DNA of 63,654 nucleotides, filler included, from Lama guanicoe (taxonomy: Eukaryota): NCBI GenBank assembly GCA_013239625.1. It is 144 parts of 144 records of this genome, joined end to end, with 100 filler letters (N's around TTAATTAATTAA, not from the genome) between each part and the next. Parts side by side here need not be neighbours in the genome. Positions count along the whole stretch, not along the records: positions 49,995 to 50,337 come from PNXV01057234.1; positions 50,438 to 50,780 come from PNXV01057235.1; positions 50,881 to 51,224 come from PNXV01057236.1; positions 51,325 to 51,668 come from PNXV01057237.1; positions 51,769 to 52,112 come from PNXV01057238.1; positions 52,213 to 52,555 come from PNXV01057239.1; positions 52,656 to 52,999 come from PNXV01057240.1; positions 53,100 to 53,443 come from PNXV01057241.1; 136 more parts are not named here. One strand, 5' to 3'. Numbering within the stretch: the first letter of the stretch is position 1; each line of letters starts with the position of its first letter. Both the position numbers and the translations under genes were made by a program. Positions 49,895-62,689 of the stretch are shown here, one piece after another. The notes beneath the pieces were generated by a model that was not told the DNA's origin, did not search any database, and worked only from the letters and a program-made list of their open reading frames with translations.

Positions 49895-50593
49895 NNNNNN
49901 NNNNNNNNNNNNNNNNNNNNNNNNNNNNNNNNNNNNNNTTAATTAATTAANNNNNNNNNNNNNNNNNNNNNNNNNNNNNNNNNNNNNNNNNNNNTAACCC
50001 CCATTTTACAAATGAGGAAGCTGAGACTCCTGGCTTTGTTATGATGGCTACATAATTTGTACCAAAGCGCTTATCACATGATCTGGCACATGATGGAGCT
50101 TGGCTACTATTAGTAACATGTACTTTAAGTGGATGTTCTCGTGATGGAATTCATGATAGACCAGAAGTTGTATCTATTTTAATCAACATTCTTAGGCCAT
50201 TGTTCACCAAAGTCAAAGGCCAAAATTCTTAATTTTCATGTTTGGAACCTTGAAAATGTAGTTGGTTTATAAAAATCTATACTCAGATAATTAAATTCAC
50301 TAATAAATATATGAAAGAGAAGTAGGAAAAAACAAAANNNNNNNNNNNNNNNNNNNNNNNNNNNNNNNNNNNNNNNNNNNNTTAATTAATTAANNNNNNN
50401 NNNNNNNNNNNNNNNNNNNNNNNNNNNNNNNNNNNNNTTGTTGAATGAAGGAAGGAAGGAATGGGCAAAATGTCTATCGTTACATCTACAATTATGTAAA
50501 TAATGTCATACTTGAATGTGAAAAGGAAACGTATCTTTGTTCATGTCACAAAAAGTCCTCAATGCACCCTCATTCTACAGGGCGATGAAGGAG

Positions 50594-50780
50594 TGATACG
50601 GAAATTGAGGAGGACACAGTGGGGCCTTCCCAGGAACAAAACCCTCCCCATCGTCCCCAGCTCCTATTTATAGAAAAAGACTTTAGTCTTCTGGGCCTTC
50701 TCTGAGTTGCAAAGAGCAGACTGAAGCAGTTATTAATTAGGGAAGTGAGGAAACCCGAAACAAAGGAAACACGGTGGCCT
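50594..50780 (+). mobile_element. ERV1-type LTR 5' part
   Basis: Starts tgatacggaa; contains tagaaaaagactttagtc and gaagcagttattaattagggaagtgaggaa, recalled from laurasiatherian ERV1 LTRs. Confidence 0.55.
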
Positions 50781-51768
50781 NNNNNNNNNNNNNNNNNNNN
50801 NNNNNNNNNNNNNNNNNNNNNNNNTTAATTAATTAANNNNNNNNNNNNNNNNNNNNNNNNNNNNNNNNNNNNNNNNNNNNTGAACAAAATGGAGATGTTA
50901 ATAGTTTTGGTCCAGAATTCTGAACCTTGCTTGGAACCAGTAACTTGAGTTTTCAGTAAATATGAACATAAAGCATCTATTGACAGATAACCTTAAGATA
51001 ATGACAAGTGGACATCACTAAATGACACCATGTCATGACATAGTTTAAAATATAAAGAAAAGCTCTGTCCACAGAGGGAATTGAAAGACCAAGGATTCTA
51101 TTACTGAGTGAGTGAATTCTGATAGATCAGATCTGTGGGTTCAATGTTCACACCTATGAAATGAAGGCATAAGACTAGTTTAGTAGCTTTCAAGCTTTTT
51201 TCTTTTTTCTTTTTTTTTTTTTTTNNNNNNNNNNNNNNNNNNNNNNNNNNNNNNNNNNNNNNNNNNNNTTAATTAATTAANNNNNNNNNNNNNNNNNNNN
51301 NNNNNNNNNNNNNNNNNNNNNNNNTGTACACAAAATACATCATTTTAATTATATGTTTTATATATATATATGTAATTTTTAATTTAATCAGAACTTTATA
51401 TCTATTGATAGGAGCATTTACTTGATTTACATTAAAGTAATTATTGATTGGTGTACACTTGTTTTTATTTTGTTATTTGTTTTTGTATTATCTTGGATTT
51501 TTTTGGATTATTATTTTTTCTTTCTTCTTCCTGTTTTCTTCAATTCACTTGTGATCTCATGACTATCTTTAGTATTTTGTTTGGATTCATTTTTCTTTTT
51601 TGCATGTGTATTTACTATAGATTTTTTATTTTTGGTTGCCGTGAGATTTATATACAGCATTCTCACTCNNNNNNNNNNNNNNNNNNNNNNNNNNNNNNNN
51701 NNNNNNNNNNNNTTAATTAATTAANNNNNNNNNNNNNNNNNNNNNNNNNNNNNNNNNNNNNNNNNNNN

Positions 51769-52112
51769 ATTTCTAAGGAAAAGTTGTTTGAGACTGGGTG
51801 GGAGCATAGGCTTCCCTGATGGAAATGAGTTTAGGCTGTGACCTGACAGCTGAATAGACCGTTTACAAGGTGTTTGTGGGTGAAGTGGATACAGAACTTT
51901 GAAGGGAGAGACACAGCCTGTGCAAAGACATCGAGGCTAGGTAGAGAATGGTACCTTAGAAGGACCAAGAGGACTACAAGAGCCCCAGGATGTCCTTCTG
52001 ACAGGTAAGATGAGAACCTTTCTCATTTTTCTTTAAACAAGGGAAGTCACTGAAGCGTCTAAGCAAGGGTCACTCGTGATCCGATTTGTGTTTTGCAAGT
52101 TGTATTCCTTTG
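51769..52112 (-). mobile_element. L2 LINE fragment
   Basis: gaagggagagacacagcctgtgcaaagac ... gggaagtcactgaagcgtctaagcaaggg ... gtgatccgatttgtgtttt. Confidence 0.7.
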
Positions 52113-52212
52113 NNNNNNNNNNNNNNNNNNNNNNNNNNNNNNNNNNNNNNNNNNNNTTAATTAATTAANNNNNNNNNNNNNNNNNNNNNNNNNNNNNNNN
52201 NNNNNNNNNNNN

Positions 52213-52470
52213 TCAAAAGGTACAAACTTCCAGTTATAAAATAAGTAAGTCCTGGGGATGTCATGTACAGCATCAATGTGGTGACTACAGTTAATGACAT
52301 TGTGCTGTATATTTGAAAGATGCTAAGAGAGTAGATCTTAAAAGTTTTTATTACAAGGAACAAAAACATCTATGTGGTGATGGACCTAGACTTACTGTGG
52401 TGATCATCTCACAATGTACATAAATATTGAATAATTATGCTGCATATCTGAAACTAATGTTATATTATAT
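52213..52470 (+). mobile_element. L1MA-like 3' end
   Basis: tcaaaaggtacaaacttccagttataaaataagtaagtcctggggatgtcatgtacagcat ... tgtggtgatcat ... ctgaaactaat. Confidence 0.88.
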
Positions 52471-52831
52471 CTAACTTTTTTAAAAAAGATTGTAAATTAT
52501 ATCTAAATTTTTTAAAAGATTAAAAAATCAAACCAATACAGGAAAAAACATTATANNNNNNNNNNNNNNNNNNNNNNNNNNNNNNNNNNNNNNNNNNNNT
52601 TAATTAATTAANNNNNNNNNNNNNNNNNNNNNNNNNNNNNNNNNNNNNNNNNNNNTTCAGGACCCACAATTTGGGACATTCAGCCTGGGGCGAACTGCAT
52701 GCAAGTTTAGCAAAGCAGAGGACAGGAAACGCCTTCACGGAGGAAAAGGCAGAGCTGTGAGGGGCCGTTCCAAACAAAGGGGCCATTGGAGGAACCCAGG
52801 AGCTGGACGTGCAGGGGCTTTTCACTGGCCG

Positions 52832-52990
52832 GGCCGTGCTGGTCTCTCATTGGCCGGGCTGTGCTGGTCTCTCATTGGCCAGGCTGTGCTGGTCTCTCAT
52901 TGGTCAGGCTGTGCTGGTCCCTCATTGGCCGGGCTGTGCTGGCGTCTCACTGGCCGAGCTGTTGCTGGTCTCTCGTTGGCCGAGCTGTTG
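52832..52990 (+). repeat. 25-bp tandem repeat, about 6.3 copies (ggctgtgctggtctctcattggccg), within an LTR-like sequence
   Basis: Units at 52832, 52857, 52882, 52907, 52932 and 52957 (26 bp), plus a partial unit; head-to-tail with no spacers. Confidence 0.95.
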
Positions 52991-53559
52991 CCGGACAGGN
53001 NNNNNNNNNNNNNNNNNNNNNNNNNNNNNNNNNNNNNNNNNNNTTAATTAATTAANNNNNNNNNNNNNNNNNNNNNNNNNNNNNNNNNNNNNNNNNNNNC
53101 CCCAATGCTACTGTTAGCCCTGAAAGCCAGACTCCTGTTGGATTCCCCAACGTTGCCTGCGTACTGATCACTTCTGAATTGACGTCTCCTATAAATCCGG
53201 CTGGTTGGCAGACAAGCCATAGTCCTGCTACCTGGTCTCACCGAAGACTAGAGAGCAAGTCATACCCCTGCCTGGAGAGACAAGCTTCTTCACAGGTGTA
53301 ATTCCTCCTGCCCAGGAAGGGCCTGGAAAATGTCCGGAGGCCAAGATGCATGATAAATTCCCAGAACATTTGTAAACCTTCAAATCTGGTTGCTATTCAA
53401 CTCCAGGGCAATTTCTGATGTTAAACCCCACCTGTGGTTTAGGNNNNNNNNNNNNNNNNNNNNNNNNNNNNNNNNNNNNNNNNNNNNTTAATTAATTAAN
53501 NNNNNNNNNNNNNNNNNNNNNNNNNNNNNNNNNNNNNNNNNNNTTTTTGATTAAATTAT

Positions 53560-53765
53560 TATGAAATGAAAACAGGCAAATCAATAGAGACAGAAACTAC
53601 ATGAGTGTTTGCCAGGGACTGGGAGAAGGGAGAAGTAGGTATTGACTACTAATGAGTACAGAGTTTGCTTTGGTGATGATGAAAATATTCTGGAATTAGA
53701 CAGTTGTGATAGTTGCACAACCCTGTGACTATACGAAAAACTGCTGAATTGTGCATTTTAAAAAA
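53560..53765 (+). mobile_element. L1MB-like 3' end
   Basis: aacaggcaaatcaatagagacagaaa ... gtttgccagggactggga ... gatgaaaatattctggaattaga ... gttgcacaaccctgtgactatac. Confidence 0.85.
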
Positions 53766-55879
53766 AGAGAACAAAATACTTTTCAATTAAAATAGTCAAT
53801 TTATAGTGTATATTGCTTAGCAAATGATAAGCTTAATTATCTGACCATATTTAACTTTTAACCTCCTGAGGATATTTATTTATTTATNNNNNNNNNNNNN
53901 NNNNNNNNNNNNNNNNNNNNNNNNNNNNNNNTTAATTAATTAANNNNNNNNNNNNNNNNNNNNNNNNNNNNNNNNNNNNNNNNNNNNCAGGGCCCAGGCA
54001 CGGGTATTCTGTAAGAGCTTCCTGGGTGGCACTAATGTGCTGTGGGACCTGCTAGTCATCACCGGCCCTTAATGATGGAGAGGGATTCTGAGGCTGGGCC
54101 CAACCTCCCGGATGCCTTCCTGCCTCCCAGGAGGTAGACAATGGGGGTGCTTATCACCATAGATCTCCTTCACTACAGCTCTCCCTGGGCTTCTCCAGTC
54201 CAGACTGTGTTCAGAAATGTACACCTCTGCCCCACCAAGGACGTGTCCCTGGCTGGGCCATGAACTGTCATTTGGTCCATCCCCCTGTCTCAGGCCCCTT
54301 GGTTTTCCCTCCCCAGACACTGGGCTCTGGANNNNNNNNNNNNNNNNNNNNNNNNNNNNNNNNNNNNNNNNNNNNTTAATTAATTAANNNNNNNNNNNNN
54401 NNNNNNNNNNNNNNNNNNNNNNNNNNNNNNNTAACTTGAGCTATGTTTATTTAATTTACTTCCTCCATACCCACATACACATGTATCACTTTTCTCTTAT
54501 TTTTCAGTACTAGGAGAGCAAGCAGATCAATGTACACTGTAATGGAACCACTAATGAGCTGATGGTATCTGCCAGCCCCTTTAAAATGCTGTTCCCTTCC
54601 TGTTTTGTATTTGTTGGGTTATAATTTTAAATTGCGTATGCATCCCCAACTCTCCTCCTCACCCCACCTCTCGAGAGCTCTCTTTTCTCCCTTTCTGTCT
54701 AATATCCAAGAATTACATTTCTTTAGAGATTGGTATCAATTCACACTTTTACATGTGAGAGCACACACACACACANNNNNNNNNNNNNNNNNNNNNNNNN
54801 NNNNNNNNNNNNNNNNNNNTTAATTAATTAANNNNNNNNNNNNNNNNNNNNNNNNNNNNNNNNNNNNNNNNNNNNTCTTGTTAGGGTGGCACAGCTGGAC
54901 TGGCCTGAGGCTCCTCAGGGTCTCCAAGAGGTCACCACCGGGTCCCCAGGGACCCCTGAGCAGAGGTCTGGGACAGGTGTCTGGTGAGGGGGTGTCAGGC
55001 TGAGAGCCCCCAGTGTCTCCTGTGCTCACTGCATAAAGTCAAAGACAAAAGAGCTGACGACAGAGACAGTTCAGCTGGGACCTTCCTTCCGAGGTCCTTA
55101 GGAAGCCAGGGATCCCTTCCCCTGAGACTCCTCATCTGATGGGCCGAGAGTATGAGTGGAGCGAGTCTGTGGAGATCCATTAGCTTCTAGAAGGACTCAC
55201 AGGATCCCCTGGGAAATGGNNNNNNNNNNNNNNNNNNNNNNNNNNNNNNNNNNNNNNNNNNNNTTAATTAATTAANNNNNNNNNNNNNNNNNNNNNNNNN
55301 NNNNNNNNNNNNNNNNNNNTTTTTTTAAAAAGTCAGTCATCTTCTTAAAAAGATTTATGTAATAAGAAGAAATCTTGCATATTTACACATGTAGTTACCA
55401 CTTCCAAGACTCTTCCTTTCTTGGTGCGGATCAAAGTTCTATCTGGTATCACTTTCTTATTGAGGATTTTTTTTTAGAAGAGTTGTCTTGCGTGAGTCTG
55501 TTGGCAATAAATTGTTTCAGCTTTTGTACATTCGAAACAATTTTTGTTTTGCTGTTTTTGAAATATGTTTTTGCTGGGCATAGAAATCTAAGGAGACCAT
55601 TCTTTCAGTCAGTGCTTTAAAGATGTTGCACCTCTGACTTCTCACTTGCATTGCTGTCACCCTNNNNNNNNNNNNNNNNNNNNNNNNNNNNNNNNNNNNN
55701 NNNNNNNTTAATTAATTAANNNNNNNNNNNNNNNNNNNNNNNNNNNNNNNNNNNNNNNNNNNNATGAACCATGAGGTTATGTCCCTGATGGCTTTTCCCT
55801 ACAAAGGGGCCCCTCCCCAGGTCCACACCTCATTGAAGCATACCAAAGCACCTGGAATGGCAGAGAAAAAGCCTCAGAA

Positions 55880-56107
55880 ATTCAACTTCTCCACCAAATC
55901 AGTTGAGAACACTGGCAAAAACCATAGTATTAACTTTCTCAGAACTCTGGGAAGTAAGCAGAGGCTTGCAACAATCCAGGGAGTGATTAGTACAGATGAA
56001 CAGGTGAATCTTGTTAAGAACAGCAAACTCTGGGTGTTTTAACTTGGCCTGTTCCCATATCCCTCCCCCTGATTCCACAGGATCCTTGACCAATGGCCTT
56101 GCACCTA
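55880..56107 (+). mobile_element. Old L1M 5' end fragment
   Basis: aactttctcagaactctgggaagtaagcagaggcttgcaacaatccagggag ... gaatcttgttaagaacagcaaactctgggtgttttaacttg. Confidence 0.55.
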
Positions 56108-56651
56108 NNNNNNNNNNNNNNNNNNNNNNNNNNNNNNNNNNNNNNNNNNNNTTAATTAATTAANNNNNNNNNNNNNNNNNNNNNNNNNNNNNNNNNNNNN
56201 NNNNNNNGTGTGGCATTCCTGACAGCAGCGCGGCTTGCCCGGCTCCCAGTATCGTGACGCAGAGTCTCAGAGAAGGACGCATCTTGACAGAAAGGATGGC
56301 TGTGCTTGTCTTTCAGGAGAGTCAAAAGTTTATGTTTTACGTGAATTAAAAATTGCTACCTACATGATTTTTCTTGTAAAATGGAGTTTGCCAGTGAAAA
56401 ATAAAGTATTCATCCTTAGCACTGCAGCATGAATTTATCATGGTGATGTGTAATATAAAATCACATAATCAAAACATATCTCTGACACAAGGGACATAGA
56501 ATTCTTTGAATTCATCTCCTCAAGCACCTAATTTTGCAAATGAGGATACTGNNNNNNNNNNNNNNNNNNNNNNNNNNNNNNNNNNNNNNNNNNNNTTAAT
56601 TAATTAANNNNNNNNNNNNNNNNNNNNNNNNNNNNNNNNNNNNNNNNNNNN

Positions 56652-56994
56652 GCTCTCTATTCTGTTCCATTGATCCATATGTCTGTTTTTATACCAATAC
56701 TATACTGTTTTGATTGTAGCTCTGCAGTATTGTCTGAAGTCTGGGAGGGTTGTTCCTCCAGCTCTGTTCTTTTTCTTCAGTAATGCTCTGGCAATTCTAG
56801 GTCTTTCATGATTCCACATAAATTTTAGGATGATTTGTTCTAGTTCTGTGAAAAACATCTTGGGCAATTTGATAGGGATCTCATTAAATCTGTAGATTGC
56901 TTTGGGCAGCGTGGTCATTTTAACAAGATTAATTCTTCCAATGGAAGAACATGGGATATCTTTCCATTTCTTTAAGTCCTCTTAAAATTTCTTA
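56652..56994 (-). mobile_element. Relatively intact LINE-1 ORF2 fragment
   Basis: ORF 56700-56918: [64 protein letters not shown]. Confidence 0.95.
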
Positions 56995-57094
56995 NNNNNN
57001 NNNNNNNNNNNNNNNNNNNNNNNNNNNNNNNNNNNNNNTTAATTAATTAANNNNNNNNNNNNNNNNNNNNNNNNNNNNNNNNNNNNNNNNNNNN

Positions 57095-57438
57095 ACTCTC
57101 TTAGCAAATTTCAAGTATAAATACATTATCGTTAACTATAGTTATCATGTTATGCATTAGGTCACCAGAACTAGTTCATCTTATAACTGAAAGTTTTTAC
57201 CCTTTGACTAATATCTACCCATCCTCCAGCTTTTAGTAACGCCATTCCACCCTGTTATTGTAAGTTTGACTTTTTATGTGTGTGTGGTTTCACATGTAAG
57301 TTAAATCATGCAGTATTTGCCTTCCTGTGTCTGGCTTGTTTCACCTAACCAAATGTACTTCAGGTTCAGCCGTACTGCTGCAAATGGCAGGATTTCCTTC
57401 TTTCTCAATGGCTGAATAGCATCCTACTGTATATTTAT
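57095..57438 (-). mobile_element. L1MA-like 3' end
   Basis: actctcttagcaaatttcaagtata ... ccagaactagttcatcttataactgaaagtttttaccctttgac ... gcaaatggcaggatttccttc. Confidence 0.85.
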
Positions 57439-60400
57439 NNNNNNNNNNNNNNNNNNNNNNNNNNNNNNNNNNNNNNNNNNNNTTAATTAATTAANNNNNN
57501 NNNNNNNNNNNNNNNNNNNNNNNNNNNNNNNNNNNNNNTCTGGTGTACAGCATAATGTCCCAGTCATGTATATATATACATATATTCACTTATATTCTGA
57601 GACTGACTTTTGTCAAGTAAGAGGAAGGCTGGGAGAAAAGAAGAGAGAAAGTGGAACCAGCCCAGCAAAGTACTTTCCCAGGCAAATGAATTTTAGTCCT
57701 GAGCTTTTGTATTCATTCTTTATCTAGAAACTGATTCCCTTCACCTCCTGCCCCGTGAATATATACCCTGGAAGAAAATCTTCCTGATCCTCAGGGTTGA
57801 ATGCACTTCAGTTTGAAGATTCAGCTCTCATATCTGCATGGTGATATTACCAATCATGAAATGTGATTAGGCTAAGATGTTTNNNNNNNNNNNNNNNNNN
57901 NNNNNNNNNNNNNNNNNNNNNNNNNNTTAATTAATTAANNNNNNNNNNNNNNNNNNNNNNNNNNNNNNNNNNNNNNNNNNNNTTAAATCAGCTTTCTTTG
58001 TGCTGTAACAGTACAAAATATTATCTTTCACTCAAATTAAAAATATAAAAAATGATGGAGTTTTTGATCGAATTAACACTGCAAACATGAGACTCTGCCT
58101 GGCGGATCCTGTGCTCCGTCTACACAGGAATGTTCTGCACCAGGACTTGCTTGCTTGATTGACTAACTACTTATCATCATCCAGTCATTTCACATTTCTG
58201 TTTATGGTTGATTTTGGTTTCTTTTTTGATAATGACTATTTCCAAATAATACAAAAACAGAAACTCTCCTTTCTTCCTCCTGGAAATCCTTTAGCAAACA
58301 TCTTCTCCAATCCTCTACATTTTGGCNNNNNNNNNNNNNNNNNNNNNNNNNNNNNNNNNNNNNNNNNNNNTTAATTAATTAANNNNNNNNNNNNNNNNNN
58401 NNNNNNNNNNNNNNNNNNNNNNNNNNGCTCAAAAAATCCAAACAGGCTGCAGCCATCGTACTCCCACCATCAGACTTATTTCCCCACCCCACCCCAGTGC
58501 TCCTGCAATTAAAAGCTTCTTTCTGGTTTAGCATAAAACAAAGTCTCAATCTTAAGCGTATCGATCGATCTGTGCTAATAGATGTCCTTATGAGTCACAG
58601 CTCTCGGGCTCAGCAAACGGTAAGATGCTTCCTTCCAACTGGCCCACAGCTAGGATCCACTTTAAATGGTTGTGGACTGGAATTATTTTCATAATTTCAA
58701 TGGAACAAAACAAATACACACACCAGAAGTAGAATATTGTTATAAAACATGGGGTGCATGCCAGCACCCANNNNNNNNNNNNNNNNNNNNNNNNNNNNNN
58801 NNNNNNNNNNNNNNTTAATTAATTAANNNNNNNNNNNNNNNNNNNNNNNNNNNNNNNNNNNNNNNNNNNNCCGTGAAGAGGCAGAGCTTAAAGAGTGCCA
58901 GGTTCTGCAAATAGCTATTATTGCCACAAATAAAAATACCACCATCCCATGCACATCTCTGAAAAGGATTGCAAGTTCCTATTTTGTTGGGGTTTCTGCC
59001 ATATTTATGCATAAAGATGGCATTCACATAAAATCAAAGGATATATATAGAGAGAGATGTATATATACATATATAGAAATAGAATATCAATTTATGTATA
59101 GGAAAGTCCAGCTGAGAGGATTTTATTTTTATGTTTGGAACAAAAGTATTTTAAAATTTTAAACTGATAGACCCAAACTGTTATGGTTTCTGTCCCAAAG
59201 GTGAATTCTTACATNNNNNNNNNNNNNNNNNNNNNNNNNNNNNNNNNNNNNNNNNNNNTTAATTAATTAANNNNNNNNNNNNNNNNNNNNNNNNNNNNNN
59301 NNNNNNNNNNNNNNTTTTTTTTTGCCAAAAATGTTTAATATGAACTAAAACGTGGACAATCAATGGAAAACCCCAATTGAGGGACATGATACAAAGCAAG
59401 AACTCGTACTCTTCAAAAATATCAGTGAAATGGCAAGAAAGGCTAAGTAACTATTTAATATCAGAGAAAATGAGTATTATATGTGATATTGAACTTGAAC
59501 CTTAGACTTCACAAGCAGAAAATGGTGTATTTAGACTTGTGAATCATGTTACTGTTACATATCCCGATTTTGGTAATTATACGGAGAACAGATTAGTGAA
59601 TATCCTTGTTATTGTGGGAAAAATGAAAAGAATTTAGGAACAAATTACCAATATGTGANNNNNNNNNNNNNNNNNNNNNNNNNNNNNNNNNNNNNNNNNN
59701 NNTTAATTAATTAANNNNNNNNNNNNNNNNNNNNNNNNNNNNNNNNNNNNNNNNNNNNGTCCTCCGGTCAGAGACCACAACCCACATGTCTTGCTTGGGG
59801 CCAGTCCCTGGCTGATGCCCAGGGAAGCCTGGAAAGCTCTGCAAATGACCTGGGAAGCCTCCGTTGATGGGGCTCTGTCCTGATGTGGAAAGGGCCTTAG
59901 GGAGGCCCCCCTCCACCTTGCTTGAGGGTCCCTTTCAGGTCTGTTTCCCAGTTCTGATTTCACAGCTCAGATATTGGAGGCTTTGGCAGGGTGGAGGGGA
60001 TGTGAGGTGGTCAGAGAGATAAAAACTGGAATCCTGGCCCTCCTGCTGTCTTTCTGTGTGGTGTCCGACACTCCTACCACCTCTCTGAGCCTCAGTTTCT
60101 ATNNNNNNNNNNNNNNNNNNNNNNNNNNNNNNNNNNNNNNNNNNNNTTAATTAATTAANNNNNNNNNNNNNNNNNNNNNNNNNNNNNNNNNNNNNNNNNN
60201 NNCTTGAAATCACTGCTGTAAATTATCTTGAAGGCCCCTCCTGCCTTCAAACTCATTTATAAATGAGGTATACTCACCACATGGACACATTTACTGTGTA
60301 GCCCGTTTATAGTAGAAAAGTTTCTACTGACCTTAATACTTGACAGTCATAGCTTCCCAACTGATCTTCTAATGTACAGGCTCTGTTCTCAAAAGAGCCA

Positions 60401-60646
60401 TTTAAAAATAAATTACAAAAATTTCAAAAATAACTAGTTTTAAAAAATGCTTGTCTGCTTTTAGCCTATTCTCAGGGCATTTGCTTCCAAATAAACATCA
60501 GGATACCCAAGATGCAAGAAGCAGTTGCTTTACGTGCATTGTTCAANNNNNNNNNNNNNNNNNNNNNNNNNNNNNNNNNNNNNNNNNNNNTTAATTAATT
60601 AANNNNNNNNNNNNNNNNNNNNNNNNNNNNNNNNNNNNNNNNNNNN

Positions 60647-60990
60647 TAGAACAGTTTTAGATTTACCAAAAAAATTGCAAAGACCATGGACTCTGCACCC
60701 CATTTTCCCTATGATAGACATCTGTACAAGTTTTGCTACAAATATTACATTTTGTCCCATTTGTTACAGATGGTGAACTAATACTGATGCATTATTATTA
60801 ACTGAAGTGCAGGTTTATTCAGATAGCCATAATATCTAAGGAAAACATTTTTTTAATCTGACGTCCTTTTTGTGATCCAGAATCCCATGCAGAAGAAATT
60901 TAGTTATGTTTCTTTAGGCTTATCTTGGCTGTGATAGTTTCACAGGCTTTCCTTTTTTTTGATGACCTTCATCATTTTTAGGTTTACTGG
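60647..60990 (-). mobile_element. L1MC-like 3' UTR
   Basis: tagaacagttttagatttaccaaaaaaattg ... catttgttacagatggtgaactaatactgatgcattattattaact. Confidence 0.75.
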
Positions 60991-61534
60991 NNNNNNNNNN
61001 NNNNNNNNNNNNNNNNNNNNNNNNNNNNNNNNNNTTAATTAATTAANNNNNNNNNNNNNNNNNNNNNNNNNNNNNNNNNNNNNNNNNNNNCCCCCCCCCC
61101 CGCCATGTTTCAAGTACTTTGTTTCTTTCACAGGCTTTCCTTACTCAGGAGATGCTTCATTGCAGCACTGGTTTCTGCAGGAGGGTTGTAGGGTCAGAGA
61201 GTGTGAAAGTGTTTTTCCTAGACCCACATGGAATGTTCAAAGCAAATAAGCCATTCAGGCATATTTAGAGTATTAATGTTTAGGGTTTTCTTTTATGTTG
61301 GGGTTGTTTTCACACATGGAAACACTACTGTTTACAAAATTTTTTAACTCCTGCTTTTTTCCCAAAAAATTATGTAGAAAATTATACAGATAAAATTAAA
61401 GTCACCTGGGATCCTTTGACCCAGATATGACCACNNNNNNNNNNNNNNNNNNNNNNNNNNNNNNNNNNNNNNNNNNNNTTAATTAATTAANNNNNNNNNN
61501 NNNNNNNNNNNNNNNNNNNNNNNNNNNNNNNNNN

Positions 61535-61713
61535 GGTGACAATGACGTGTTCATGTAGGTCCACAGATTGTGACACATGTCCCCCTGGTGCAGGGCGTTG
61601 ATAGTGGGGGAAGCTGTGGGTGTGCGGGGTCAGGGGTCATACAGGAACACTTTGCAATTGCCACTCAATCCTTTTGTGAACCTAAAACTACTCCAAAAAA
61701 TAGTCCATTAAAA
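61535..61713 (+). mobile_element. L1MC-like 3' end
   Basis: ggtgacaatgacgtgttcatgtaggtcca ... gttgatagtgggggaagctgtg ... tgtgaacctaaaactactccaaaaaatagtccatta. Confidence 0.8.
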
Positions 61714-62422
61714 GTAGTTCTTCCTGGATTTCCCAATGCCTATTTTGGAAACCTAGAACAACAGACCGGGAGTATCAAATGTACAAATAATTCTCCAACA
61801 CATACTGGTGATGATAGTTTGCAAAAATGGCCACCCTGATACCTTCCATCCCTGTGTGTCCACCATTTTGCAGTATGANNNNNNNNNNNNNNNNNNNNNN
61901 NNNNNNNNNNNNNNNNNNNNNNTTAATTAATTAANNNNNNNNNNNNNNNNNNNNNNNNNNNNNNNNNNNNNNNNNNNNACTGCATTTCATCCTCATGACC
62001 ATTGAGTATTATATGTTTTTAAAGTGCTTTTTAGAATAGACATGAAAATATTTCATCTACTCATTGAATTCACAAAATATACCCATTGTGCAATAATTTA
62101 AAGGTCATGTTTTAATTTATAGGAGCAGAAATTTTTTGTCTTAAAATTAGGAGCTGAGCAAGCACACATTTGGCATAATTGTATTCAGTTGAGTAATAAT
62201 AACTTCTTTGAACAACGCCTTAGTTACTCATTTATAGTATCTGTGATGATAAGCATTTTTACATCAATATTATCTTTTCCAATTAACCAATAATTACCTA
62301 TGATACATCATATCCATTTTTTNNNNNNNNNNNNNNNNNNNNNNNNNNNNNNNNNNNNNNNNNNNNTTAATTAATTAANNNNNNNNNNNNNNNNNNNNNN
62401 NNNNNNNNNNNNNNNNNNNNNN

Positions 62423-62689
62423 GCTCAGACCAGACATGCTCTTTTATGTAGCGGCAGCGGTATTGCGTGCCAGTGTCTTCACTCACAGCCAGGATGCGGA
62501 ATCTGGCCTCTGTCTGGTGGGGACCAAGTGGAGAGCTGGCACGCATATCCTTGAAGTCATTTGTATCCTCCTCATTCTCCAAGCGAAATGTCGCAACCCC
62601 AGCAGGGCCCTGGCACACGATGGTCACAGGCCGGCCCCTGGGGATCACAGAGTCTGGCTCAGCTGAGATGGAGGGTCTGGGCAGCATCC
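62423..62689 (-). CDS. LAIR1/LAIR2-like Ig-domain exon (leukocyte receptor complex), 3'-truncated
   Basis: Phase-1 acceptor ccctcctag|gg, then MLPRPSISAEPDSVIPRGRPVTIVCQGPAGVATFRLE...EARFRILAVSEDTGTQYRCRYIKEHVWSE. Both Ig cysteines present. Recalled LAIR1: LPRPSISAEPGTVIPLGSHVTFVCRGPVGVQTFRLE...EARFRIDSVSEGNAGPYRCIYYKPPKWSE. Confidence 0.88.

Noticed and set aside
52832..52990. 25-bp repeats as a CRISPR array, and ORFs 52757/52786/52809 as repeat proteins
   Set aside because: No spacers, eukaryotic context, and the ORFs only reflect a stop-free tandem unit cycling through frames.
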